NCBI RefSeq assembly: GCF_006345805.1
Contig: NC_043000.1
Span: 23,870,001-23,934,000 of the forward strand
Length of the DNA: 64,000 nucleotides
Source: Octopus sinensis
Taxonomy: Eukaryota
Direction: 5' to 3'
Shown: positions 49,191 through 61,429 of the stretch, piece after piece
How positions within the stretch are numbered: the first letter of the stretch is position 1
Layout: each line of letters begins with the position of its first letter
Notes under the pieces: generated by a model
The model's database searches: none
What the model was told of the DNA's origin: nothing
Seen by the model: the letters and a program-made list of their open reading frames with translations, nothing else
Program-made: the position numbers and the translations under genes

Positions 49191-50354
49191 TTACAGAAAA
49201 GACCTTTTCAGTCTTTTGTAATAATTTTTTTGTGGTTTTCTTATATTTTACTTATTTGAGCTGTTTCTTAGTACCAGGTCAGTAGTGATCAAGCAGACCT
49301 ATGATTCTACTGATGACAGTCCCATATTTCTCTCAGGCATTGAGTATCTAGGACTACATTATCTAATGTGTCCGTCTCTTAACAGGATGCTAACATGTAG
49401 TTTGAGGGAGATTTGGCTGCTATTTCTAACAGATCAAATGATCATGTAGAGTCTCCTTCATTGAAAACCGTAAATTGGTTGTTTTCAATGACAGCATTTT
49501 AAGAAATGTTTGTTTTTGATGTTTCTTGATGATTTAGTAGTGTTTATGTACACACACACACACACATGGCTCACTTTGACTTGAAGAAGTGGTGGCATGC
49601 TGTGGAATCTCCAGAGTAACAAACCACTGGATCACTAAATAAATCACATACACACACACACACACATCCCAATAGATATAAATAATTTGCATGGTTGTAG
49701 ATATATGTATATTCTAACTGTGACAAGTTGTTCAGTCTAACCAATACAGTGTTGTCTAATTCTCTTTATATGATTTCCCATTTGGGTCATTACGTTTTTT
49801 TGATAATTTCTTGCATATGATCTTGGCAAGAGTATCAATTACAAACCCTTCTGTTTTCCATTACTTTAATAACTAATGTATTAATATCATTCCTGAGGCA
49901 ATGGGTTGGCAGATCATTAACATACTGGACAAAATGCTTAGTGGCATTTCTTCTCACTTCATGTTCTGAGTTCAAATACCACTGGGATCAATTTTGCCTT
50001 TCGTCCATTTGAGGTTGATAAAATAATCACCAGTTGAGCCCTGGGGTTGATATAATCGACTTACCCCTCCCCCCCAAATTGCTGACTTTGTGCCAAAATC
50101 TGAAATTAATATCACTACATGGGGTGGCAGAATAATTCTGTGCTCCACATTCTGAGTTCAGATCCTACCAAAGTTGTCTTCTATTTCTCGACAATCAATA
50201 AACTTTGTATTTTGTGATGTCGTCAATTTAATAGACTCTTCCCCTCTCTTACAAATGTCTAGCCTTGTACCACTGTGAGAAATTTTTTTTTATCATTTTC
50301 CTTTTAACATGTATCATTGTCTTAATTTCTAATGAATCTGTTCTCTTGTTGCAG

Positions 50355-50534
50355 GCTGGTGAACTTGCTCTTAAGCGTGGCTGGTCAATAAATCTCGGAG
50401 GTGGATTCCATCACTGTTCAGCCAAGAAAGGGGGTGGATTTTGTGCTTACGCTGATATTACACTTACAATGAAATTCATGAGAGACAGACATAAGATTAG
50501 AAAAATATTAATTGTAGACCTTGATGCTCATCAG
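50355..50534 (+). CDS. HDAC11: HDAC11 exon 5 (catalytic HH and Zn-binding DxH)
   Basis: ttgcag/gtaaaa; AGELALKRGWSINLGGGFHHCSAKKGGGFCAYADI...IVDLDAHQ. Confidence 0.97.
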
Positions 50535-50675
50535 GTAAAAATGACTTCTTCTTTCTCCCCTTTTTCCCCACTCTCAATGGATTTCTCTCTCTCTCTCTCA
50601 CACATGCACATGCACACAGACATATATTTTCTTGCCATCAAAACCTCTCCTTAAAATGTTATTCCTATTTTCCAG

Positions 50676-50778
50676 GGCAATGGATACCAGAGAGATGTAC
50701 TTGAAGCTGATGACAATGATGTCTATATCTTGGATATTTACAACAGAAAGATCTATCCATTTGATGGCTATGCTAAAA
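50676..50778 (+). CDS. HDAC11: HDAC11 exon 6
   Basis: tttccag/gtgagc; GNGYQRDVLEADDNDVYILDIYNRKIYPFDGYAK. Confidence 0.95.
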
Positions 50779-50979
50779 GTGAGCACATTTTGCAAAAACC
50801 ATAATTCGATGTTGAGTTACTTTTATTAAACCTTATTATGTTTGGCGTTTACAAAGTCTATTTCATGTGATAAAGTTGAGTAGGATGCAAGCCTAGCTGC
50901 ATGGTTAAGAAGCTCACTTTTCAACCATGTAGTTTCAGGTTCAGTCCCACTGTTCAACACCTGGGCAAATGTCACCTTC

Positions 50980-51153
50980 ATGCTTCCTGAAATTCGCCAA
51001 TGCTACACCTGATATCCCCTGCTCCATATGCATGCATACATGTATATCCTGACTCATACACTGTTCGCTTTCCTGACATTTGTATACAATTCTATGTACT
51101 GTACATGCGCCTTTGATGAGTTATAGTGCACCTGAGCAATATACACAATAATT

Positions 51154-51185
<32 letters not shown>
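50980..51185 (+). mobile_element. CR1-like LINE 3' end with (ATT)n tail
   Basis: Matches the 3' end of the fragment at 53995-54632. Confidence 0.7.
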
Positions 51186-51728
51186 GTCTCAGGCCAACAA
51201 AAGCTTTGTTGGTAGATTTATCATTATCATTGTCATTTAACATTCGTTGTCCATGCTGGTATGGGTCAAACGATTTGACCAGGATTGGCAAGCTGGAAAG
51301 CTGCACTAGGCTCCAGCCTGTTTTGGCATGGTTTTTATGACTGGATGCCCTTCCTAATGTCAACCACTCCGAGAGTGTAATGGATGCTTTTACGTACCAC
51401 CAGCATTTGTGTGTGTATGGAAGCCCATCGTATGTGTGTGTCTTTTGTGTCCCCACTCCACTGCTTGACAACTGGGTTTGGTTTCACTATGTCCCTGTGA
51501 CTTAGTGACTCAGTATAAGGGACCGATAAAACAAGCATCAGACTCAGAAAATAAGTACTGGAGTCAATATGTTCAGCTAAACCCTTCAAGGCGATGCTCC
51601 AGCATGGCCGCTATCCAGTGACTGCAACAATTGAAAGATAAAAGAAAAGATATGACTGTGTAATTAGCTCAGTGATGAAGTGCTTTTGTATCTGATTAAA
51701 TTTCTTATCCTTATTTATATATTTCCAG

Positions 51729-51798
51729 AAGCCATCAAGAGAAAAGTAGAACTTGAACCTTTCACGGCCGATGAAGAATATCTTAATTCTGTTTCAGT
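51729..51798 (+). CDS. HDAC11: HDAC11 exon 7
   Basis: tttccag/gtgagt; KAIKRKVELEPFTADEEYLNSVS. Confidence 0.95.
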
Positions 51799-53994
51799 GT
51801 GAGTAAAGTTTTGTAGTTTTATTTCTCTGTTAATATCTGTGTGTGTGTGTGTGTGTGTGTGTGTCTTTATCTTGACATCACACTTGTAAACAAATATCAT
51901 CATCATACAACATCAGTGTTATTATTTTGCAGTCTTCCCAGAAATCATGCCTGGCTTGTGTGCTGTTTGTATTTGAAGGTCTAGGGAGATTATTTATTAC
52001 CTTGTCCAGAAGCTGGTGAGGGTTGGTGTTGATATCAGGAAGAGTGTCTGCCCATAGAAATCTGTCTCTCAATGTATCTCATCTGATGGCAGCAGCAGAC
52101 AGATGACAACAAGGAATAGAGCAGTAGGGGAATGATAATAGCAATAGTGATGATCTTTTCTACTATAGGCACAAGGCCTGAAATTTGGAGATGGAAGAGG
52201 GGACCAGTTGAATTTATCAACCCCAGTCCTCAACTGGTACTTATTTTATCAACCCCAAAAGGATGAAAGGCAAAGTCAACCATGGCAGAATTTGAACTCC
52301 TAATGTAAAGATGGATGAAATGCTACTAAGCATTTTGTCTGATATGCTAACAATTCTGCCAGCTCCTGCCTTAATAAGGATGATGATGATACTGATGAAA
52401 CAGAGAGAGAGAGAGTTGTCTTAGATCCTAAGAGAAAGAGCAGAATTTCATACAAGCTCTTGATAGTGAGAAAAAGGGCTGGTAGAAATATATGAAATCA
52501 TCATCATTTAACATCCGTCTTCCATGCTGGCATGGGTTGGACGGTTTGCCCAAGCTCCATGAATTATTTTGGCATGATTTCTACAGCTGGATGCCCTTCC
52601 TAATGCCAACCACTTTACAGAATGTACCGGGTGCTTTTATGCAGCACTGGTATGGGTACATTTATGTGGCATCAGTATGGGTGCTTTTTATGTGGCGCCA
52701 GCTCCCATGAGCCTGCAAGATTATGAACGCTCAGCTGGAGAGGGATGTAGAGGACATGCCTGTATGCAAAGACAACCATACTACTACTTAGCTTCTATAC
52801 ACACATATATAGCTTGTGCCACATAAAAAGCACTACTCACCTCACCTGTGCTTGTGCCACGAAAAAAGCACTAAGTCCACTCTGCTGAGTGGCTTGTGTT
52901 AGGAAGAGCATCCAGGTGTAAAAATCCTGCCGAAACAGTCACAGAAGTCTGGTTCAGGCTTCGGCCTGGCCAGCTCTTGTGAAACTGTTCCACCCATGAT
53001 AGCATGGAAGGCAGACATTAAACAATGATGGTGATGATGGTGATATATATATGCAAGAGAGAGAGAGAGGGGCACTTTTCCAGTAGTAATATTATGTTGG
53101 TAACTTAAGGCGGTGAGCTGGCAGAATTGTTATCACATCAGACGAAATGCTTAGCATTTTGTCTTTATGTTCTAAGTTCAAATTCCACTTAGGTCAACTT
53201 TGCCTTTCATCTTCTCAGACTCAATAAAATAAGTACCAGTTGAGCACTGGGGGTGGGGTGTAATCCACTAACCCCCTCCCCAGAAATTGCTGGCCTTGTG
53301 CTAAAATTTGCAATCAGTATTATGTTGGTAACTCTCTATATACTAGTGTTACCCATCATATGAAGGGTAACTTTGGAAGTACACTCCCCCCCCCCGGTCA
53401 TATCAGGAAATATAGTATACAGACAGTAATTAATTTTATCAAACTTCTTGGTGTTTGTACAGAATGAAGAAATGAATACTAATTTCCCGAAGAAAAATAT
53501 TTGTTCTCTTAAATTTGCAATTAAATGAAACAAATTCCTCATGTGTTCAACTCCTCCCATAACTTCTGTGTCATTTACTTTTTCTCCTTCTTTATGATCC
53601 CTTCTTTCTATAGTGTTCCTTTACTCATTACCTGCCAAAAATCTTGTATGTGCATTTATTGTGCACATATAAGGCTCTTGTCTAAAGTGTGACAAGGAAA
53701 ATCAGCCATTGTGTGTGTGTATTCCTGTATTTTGGTATTTTATATAAAAGCACTGGGTGCCACATAAAAAGCACCGTCCGAACGTGGAAGATGCCAGCAC
53801 CGCCTGACTGGCAACCGTGTTGGTGACACGTAAAAGCACCAAACGATCGTGGCTGTTTGCCAGCCTGCTCTGGACCCTGTTATATTTGCTTTTTGTTTAG
53901 GATATGTTAATTTTTTTTTCACTGTATTTTAGATAGCAATTATAGTAAATCTGATTAAACACTTATTTACTCATAAATAGAGGTATAGATTTTA

Positions 53995-54632
53995 CATCAG
54001 TATGTGACAAAACACATCGCTAAAATTGCCAAGAGGGCTGAGGGTGTCTTAGCATCACTCACCAAGTCCTTTGTGAGCCGCACTCCGGCTATCTATCTGA
54101 GGCTTTATATAGCTATGGTACGACCTCACCTGGAATTTGCATCACCGGTCTGGAACCCCTATCTTGCCCAGGATATTAATCGTCTGCAAGGACACATTGA
54201 CACTCCGTCTGGCAGCTGACTTGGCAGACACCCAAAAAATTATTAACCATCTTACAAACAATAACTCTGAGCACCTTTTCAAACTCCACCTGTCTAACAC
54301 CCGTGGACATGTTTACAAAGTCAGAAAACAGCACAGCTCCCAAGACTTTCGGAAACATTTTTTCATGCTAAGAGTTGCTGAAGCATGGAACAAACTGCCG
54401 GCATCAGTTGTTAGTTGTTGGAGCACTGCATCCTTCAAAACTTCCATGCTTCCTGAGATTCGCCAACACTACACCTAATTTTCTCCCCTCCATACACACA
54501 CAAGCATGTATCTGACTCATACACTGTTCACTTTCCAGACATTTGTACATTACTGCATATACTTTATACGCACTTTTTGACAAGTTGTGGTGCACCTGAG
54601 CACTATACAATAATTTCATTATTATTATTATT
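53995..54632 (+). mobile_element. 5'-truncated CR1/L2-clade LINE
   Basis: LYIAMVRPHLEFASPVWNPY and NTRGHVYKV...RKHFFMLRVAEAWNKLP, then an (ATT)n tail. Confidence 0.88.
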
Positions 54633-54696
54633 AAATAAATATGTTAATTTTCAAACAGCTTAATATCAATCTTTGTTTTATCTGTTGTTGATTTAG

Positions 54697-54805
54697 AAAT
54701 GTCCATGGAGCCTTAAATGAGTTTGCTGCAGATGTTGTTATTTATAATGCGGGGACTGACATTTTAGATGGAGATCCTCTCGGAAATCTTGCCATCTCTC
54801 CAGCG
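54697..54805 (+). CDS. HDAC11: HDAC11 exon 8 (third Zn ligand in GTD)
   Basis: atttag/gtatgt; NVHGALNEFAADVVIYNAGTDILDGDPLGNLAISPA. Confidence 0.96.
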
Positions 54806-55556
54806 GTATGTAAGACAATATTATAACTTATCTACTTTTCGCTTTGTTCGGGCACACTAGGAAAATTGCTTAGCAACATTCCATCCTTTTGGGGTTAATA
54901 AAATAGTATCAGCTGAGGACTGAGGTTGATGTAATTGATGTACTCCCCCCCTCCTTGAAATTGCTGGCCTTGTGCCAAAATTTGAAACCAGTATTTTGTT
55001 TGCTTAGTGTTAAATTGTCACTGGTTTTCTATCACAGAAACACTCTGTTCATTTTTGCTGAGTATTCTTTTACTCTTTTACTTGTTTCAGTCATTTGACT
55101 GCGGACCTTTAGTCAGACAAATCATCCCCAGGACTTATTCTTTGTAAGCCTAGTATACTTATTCTGTCAGTCTTTTTTACCAAACTACTAAGTTACGGGG
55201 ACGTAAACACATCAGTTGTCAAGCGATGGTTAGGGGACAAACACAGACACACACACACACATATACGACAGGCTTCTTTTAGTTTCCATCTACCAAATCC
55301 ACTCACAAGGCTATAGTAGAAGACACTAGCCCGAGGTGCCATGCAGTGGAATTGAACCCAGAACCATGTGGTTGGGAAACAAGCTTCTTACCACACAGCC
55401 ACTCCTGTGAGCAGTTTTAACATTCTTGATGTTGAAGTGTCCCAAGTTTCCTAAATTCTGTTACCAAAATGAAATTATTCAGCTGCTTAAACGACCACTA
55501 CTACAACTGCTGACACTGACCTTCAAAAATTTTGTCTGTAAATAAATATTATTATT

Positions 55557-56043
55557 AATCGAAATCGATCAATGGAAATTGCGGATGTGCTACCAGTGCC
55601 GGTGGCATGTCGAAACTCTGCTTGTGAAGACCCATTGAGGCAAGTGAGGATCAGAATCGAAATCGATCAATGGAAATTGCAGATGTGTTACCAGTGCCGG
55701 TGGCATGTAAGAGAACTTTCCGTTTCGCGACCGTTGCCAGCACCGCCCCGTTTTGTGTCCGTTGCCAGCCTCGCCTGGCCCTCGTGCCGGTGGCACATAA
55801 AAAGCACCATCCGTTCGTGGCCGTTTGCCAGCTCTGTCTGGCACCAGTGCGGGTGGCACGTAAAAAGCACCCACTACACTCACGGAGTGGTTGGCGTTAG
55901 GAAGGGCATCCAGCCGTAGAAACACTGCCAGATTTGACTGGGCCTGATGAAGCCTTCTGGCTTCACAGACCCCAGTAGAACCGTCCAACCCATGCTAGCA
56001 TGGAAAACGGACGCTAAATGATGATGATGATGATGATGATGAT
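55557..56043 (+). mobile_element. Young RTE 3' tail with an internal 98-bp duplication
   Basis: Many intact CpGs; aatcgaaatcgatcaatggaaattgc at 55557 and 55655; (GAT)n tail. Confidence 0.8.
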
Positions 56044-56350
56044 ATGTCACGTTTTCATGATATACATCATATTTTCAAACTCAAATTTCACTGAGTTTTT
56101 TGCTATTACTTTAAAATTTTTCAGTAATTTGTTATAGTGTGATAAAAAGATTATTTTCCTACCACATGGTTCTGGGTTCAGTCCCACTGTGTGGCACCAT
56201 GGGCAAGTGTATTCTACTATAGCCTCGGGCCAATCTAAACTTTGTAAGGTGATTCGGTAGACAGAAACTGAATGAAGCCTGTTGCATATATATATACATA
56301 TATATATATATGTATGTAATCAAAATAAGCAACAAGGATTTCCAAGGTAG

Positions 56351-56438
56351 TGTAGTACAAATGTTTCATGCTTCTTCATTTTATTAAACACTGTAAGTAT
56401 TACATCAGTTTTAAAATGTAGAGCAATCTTCAGCCACA
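56351..56438 (-). ncRNA. Degenerate type I hammerhead of the same family as 16392-16486
   Basis: TGTGG CTGAAGA TTGCT...AGCAT GAAA CATTTG TA CTACA; stem I 5 bp, core intact, closing pair of stem II mismatched. Confidence 0.55.
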
Positions 56439-56893
56439 TATAGAATTGTTCAATTAAACGGACATTCTTATACTTATTTCATTTGCCAACATTACAAAGA
56501 GGGTAGATATATATATGTATGTATGTATGTATATATGTGTTTGTCTTCCACCACTGCTTGACAACCAGTGTTAATATATTTACATCCCTGTAACTTAGCA
56601 GTTCAGCAATAGAGAGTGATGGAATAAGTACCAAGCTTTAAAAAAAAAGTACTTGTGCTGATCCATTCGACTAAAAATTCTTCAAGGTGGTGCCCCAGCA
56701 TGGCCACAGCCTGATAACAGAAACAAGTAAAAGATAAAACCATTAACCTTATGAACTTTCTCTTAATTATAATAAAATAATAACTTGACCTTAATAATTG
56801 TCCATTATCTGTTATAATTAAATTATTATGTTAAATTGAATGTTAACCAAATTTGTGTTAGTTTTGAGATTTTCCCTTGGTCTATTTATTCAG

Positions 56894-57100
56894 GGAGTAA
56901 TTAAACGAGATTACATTGTATTTGAAGCTGTGAGATCACGTAACATTCCTATAATTATGTTAACAAGTGGTGGCTACATGAGAAACAATGCACGTATAAT
57001 TGCTAATTCTATTCTGAATCTACATCAAAACCAACTCATTGACTGTAAGGAAGCAAGGCATCACCAAGCACTTGGTAAGAACTATTTTGTTTTGCATTGA
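56894..57100 (+). CDS. HDAC11: HDAC11 exon 9 (catalytic GGY); ends at TGA 57098-57100 unless spliced at 57075
   Basis: tattcag acceptor; GVIKRDYIVFEAVRSRNIPIIMLTSGGYMRNNARIIANSILNL. Confidence 0.93.
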   Translation, partial: GVIKRDYIVFEAVRSRNIPIIMLTSGGYMRNNARIIANSILNLHQNQLIDCKEARHHQALGKNYFVLH

Positions 57101-57200
57101 AACAATGGTAAAACATACCATTCTGATATTTTATTAGTTTAAGCAAGTTTAACTATCTGATCTTGGGTTCAGTCCTACTACACAGCACCTTCAGCAAGTG

Positions 57201-57562
57201 GAGGCGCAATGGCCCAGTGGTTAGAGCAGCGGACTCGCAGTCGGAGGATCGCGGTTTCGATCCCCAGACCGGGCATTGTGTGTGTTTATTGAGCAAAAAC
57301 ACCTAAAGCTCCACGAGGCTCTGGCAGGGGGTGGTGGCGACCCCTGTAGTACTCTTTCACTTCAACTTTCTTCCTGTTTCTTGTCCCCGACTTCCTACGC
57401 AACCGCTGAGCCTGGATGCGCACTCATCCATCCGTCGATGCTCTCGGTGTCAGGGGTTGACCTGCTTTCTCTTCTGTGGGTCTTACGAATAGCAAGGGAC
57501 CATGTTTCGGACTTCTCCCACTACACTCTGGGACAAAGACCGCTTCGCTCAACAAACAAACA
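57201..57562 (+). mobile_element. Young tRNA-derived SINE (family D) nested in a family B SINE
   Basis: A box tggcccagtggtt, B box ggtttcgatccc, (CAAA)n tail, perfect 17-bp TSD agcaccttcagcaagtg at 57184-57200 and 57563-57579. Confidence 0.92.
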
Positions 57563-57984
57563 AGCACCTTCAGCAAGTGTCTTCTACCCTAGGCTAGCCA
57601 AAGGCTTGTGAGTAGATTTGGTAAACAAAAACAAAGAAACCTGCCATATATATGCAGTTGGGAAGCAAACGTCTTATCATACTGCCACACCTGTACATGT
57701 GTGTGTATGTATGTGTATATATATATTTCCTGAGCGTCAAACTAATACACTTGCTTGTTGTTCATACACCTGTCTTTGTCTTACTATAAATTTCAGCTAT
57801 ATCATCATCTCCATCGTTTAACATCTGCTTTCCATGCTGGCATGGGTTGACGGTTTGACTGAGGTCTGGCAAGCCAGGTTCCAATCTGATCTGGTGAGGT
57901 TTCTACAGCTGGATGCCCTTCCTAACGCCAACCACTCCAAGAATGTAGTGGATGCTTTTTATGTGCTACTGGCTTCGGCCATAA

Positions 57985-58225
57985 TTTCACTTGACTCAAC
58001 AGGTCTTCTCGAGCACAGCATATTCCAACAATTGAAGGGTACTTTTAAATGGGCTGATTATGCGACACTGGCAACGATCTCACTTGGCTTGCCAAGTCTT
58101 CTCAAGCACAGCATATTCCAACGATTGAAGGGTACTTTTAAATGGGCTGGTTATGTGACACTGGCATCGGCCATGGCTACGATCTCACTTGGCTTGCCGG
58201 GTCTTCACAAGCACAGCATATCTCC
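57985..58225. repeat. ~2.5 tandem copies of a ~93-105-bp RTE 3' UTR subrepeat
   Basis: tctcacttggcttgcc...agcacagcatattccaac..ttgaagggtacttttaaatgggctg repeated. Confidence 0.75.
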
Positions 58226-58703
58226 AAAGGTCTGTCACTTATCATTGCCTCTGTGATGTCCAATGTTTGAAGGTTGTGCTTCATCACCTCATCCCAGGTC
58301 TTCCTCTTCCATAACTATATAACTCCCTTGCTAGTTAATTTTTTTTTTTATCTTGCAAGTTACTCTATGACCTTGTTGGTGCTGGTGCCATGTAAAAAGC
58401 ACCCAGTACATACTGTAAAGTGGTTGACATTAGGCAGAGCATCCAACCATAGAAGCCAAGTCAAAACACACAACCAAGCTCCATTATCTATTTTGACATA
58501 GTTTCTACAGTTGGATCCCCTTCCTAATGCCACTCACTTTACAAACGAATGTATCTAGCAGCCATACATGGTGTGGTGCTGGAAGATGTAAAGTGCAATA
58601 CTGTTTTTATAGAAGAGGATTTTACAGAGCTATCACTTATTAAATACATGAAAAAACAAACTCTCTAATTAAAAACTGATTAATTTTCATTATGAAATTT
58701 CAG

Positions 58704-58723
58704 ATGCTTTTTCAATATCTTGA
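58704..58723 (+). CDS. HDAC11: Candidate HDAC11 terminal micro-exon ((D)AFSIS*)
   Basis: atttcag acceptor in phase 1 with the donor TTG|gtaaga at 57075; TGA 58721-58723; AATAAA at 58786-58791. Confidence 0.5.
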
Positions 58724-61429
58724 AGTTTGGTGCAAACACTCATCCTATGGATTCACTTGTTAATGCTAAATTTTCTGGAAGTAACAATAAAACATGTAAC
58801 AGTATTTGCTAATCAACTATTAATTTACAAATCCCAAAAGTCAATCCCTATAATTTATCTCATTACTCCTCTCTTTTCCAGAAACTCCCTCTATGCCTCC
58901 GCCTGATCAAGTTCCACGAAGTCGCAGTGAAAGTTTCATTTCCAGATTTTTTTGTACAGAGCCCAAAAAAAGTCCTTCTATGGAATCTCACATAGACCAA
59001 TCAAAATCCTAACACAAAAGACTTCAATCAGCTAAACCCTTTAAATATATATTAAATTATTCACATCTCTGAGAACCCCAAATCCTTGGGGTTCATATTT
59101 CTGAACAATTCTTGTACAGATTTCAACTTCTTGGCTATAGCGCTGCTGAAGCACCATCATCAACACTCTTAAATACCAATATACTGAAAATGATTTGGTA
59201 TCGAACATTGCTACATAATATATTTGTTGTTTATCCTAAAGCATAAAACTGTGATATTTATAAAATAAAAATTTCAAACCTATAACTTCTAACATTATCT
59301 TAAAGGCGCAGAAAAAAAAGAAAAACCCAAACATGACTACTGATGTGAACTGTTCAAAGACTTAAAAGCATAACAAATTGCAAAGGATTTTAAACTAACA
59401 GGAATCTCATTTTATCTCCCACTATCACTTTACACTCATCATGATAATCAACAGAAGTATGCTTTTCAAATTTTAGGATTTATAACATAAGCAAATACTT
59501 CTCAAATGGACTAACATGGCTGGTATATTTTGGCTTGTCTTTTCCCCTTTTTTTTCTTAGTTAAAAATTTTAAGGAATTTGACTAAGGGACAAAAATCCA
59601 AGCTGCATATTATAAATAATGTTGGCAAAACAGCTCTTATTGAATCATTTCAAACATGCTATGTCATGGTATTAAAACTGTCAGCTACAAAAGGAAGGAT
59701 TGCATGATTACAAACTTCTGATATTTCACTGAATTACAATTACATTGAAAACAACAGGACAAACAAAATATCGCTTGTAAATTAAATTTTATATTCTCTT
59801 TGTGTCCAATTTAAAAATAGCTGATCGAAGAAAGATCTTTTGATCTGTTGCATCTTCATTATAACATTAAATTTTCTTCCATGCTCCTTTCAAAAGGAAC
59901 AAAATATAATTAAAAAAAAGTTATTAAGATTCAATCCACCAGTTATACCAGTTTTGCTTCCATTTATCACGGTGCTTTTATTACCAACTTCATTGATTTT
60001 TTTTTTTTTTTTTTTTTTTTTTGTGATAAATTAGAAACTGGTTGCTGCTTAGAAATGATCATAAAACCTACAGCAGTTGTTGATGCATAGAGATGAGAAC
60101 TTGTGAAATAATTAAGAAGTTGATTATGAAACACTGAATAAGATTAAAAGAAAGTTACTGAACATAAGAAACATTGCCCAATATATAAAATATTGTTTAT
60201 TACACTGTATATACACTTGTTTAACCCTAGGTCAATTTCCATTGAGGAGACCAATGACAAAAGTCATTCCAGCTGTAAACATCCTGTCTTAACTTCATAC
60301 AGTGTATTTGTGGCTACATTACTATTTTACAAAAAGATAAGTTTTCCTGGCAGATACTGTATTATCTCTCAAATTGGTTTAGATGCTGGTTATCCACAAC
60401 GGTCCATTATATAGTACTCTATTCATTATCAACATTATTTTACAAAAAGTTAAAACACATTTGATAAAGTGTGCTTTGAGGGGAATTTGGCTTCTATTTC
60501 TAGCTCACTGAACAAATGTGGAGAAGTGCAATCATTGGCTTGGAGTGGATGACAACTAGTTTTTATTTTTCACCCCCCCATACACTCTGGTGCCCAGTCC
60601 ATACTGTTGCAATCGTTTTGACCAGTGCATGCCTTTATCTAGCATCTTCTCTGCTTTGTGCTTCTTTGTTTTCTCAGACACCCCTGCGGCTAACACAAAG
60701 GGAGGCTGCCCATCAGCTGATTCATAATGTCCTATCTTTTCTCACCAGTTATTAAATTCTAAAATGCTCAGTCAAAGGCCCTCGACTTTTACCTAGACTG
60801 CTTATAGTCTAGAAGGTTAAAGGATCATGTTCAATCTGCTGTACAGTTCTCCCTTTTATGTTGCAAAGTCCATGGATTAAGTCTTCTACCAAAGAACAGG
60901 AGCTCATCCCTCAGTGGGTTTTCATATTGTTTCCATCTACCAAATTTCACTCACAAAGCTTTTAACTCTGGGCTCCAGTAGAAGACTAGCCCAAAGTGCC
61001 ATGCAGTAGATTCAAAGTTACAAAGTCATATCTTATTCTTCAATGAGAAACGACTACTGTCTTCACCTCTTCTCCATTGTCTAGGCTACACTATCTTTGT
61101 TCTCAATAACAATCTATGTAGAAATGACTTCTAAGCTAAAAATCTTTCATTGTCTGTGTTGCATAGTGAAACAATACCCCTCCCAGTAAAAAGTGGTTCC
61201 TACCAGCCATTATAAAAAGACCAGTAGCCAACAGTTCTAATTAGTGTCTTGTGGAATTATTAATGATAGTAAGACAAGTGTTGATCAACACCACATCTGA
61301 TCCAGAAATTGAAACCACAACCTCACAATCATGAGGGCAATGTCCTAACCTACAGGCTATGTGCTATCACATTAAGAAATTATAGCAGAAATATACAAAA
61401 TCCTCAGCTTGAAAGTCAATCACCAGAAA

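Noticed and set aside
55944-55975. CTGATGAAGCC motif resembling a hammerhead core
   Set aside because: It is a mutated form of the RTE-tail sequence ctggtgcagcc, with no GAAA or stems.
57200-57275. Possible tRNA gene
   Set aside because: It is the tRNA-like head of a SINE with a body, tail and TSD; no complete cloverleaf.
57440-57510. Possible HDV-like ribozyme around cttaCGAATagcaag
   Set aside because: P1, P3 and P4 could not be assembled in the required order.
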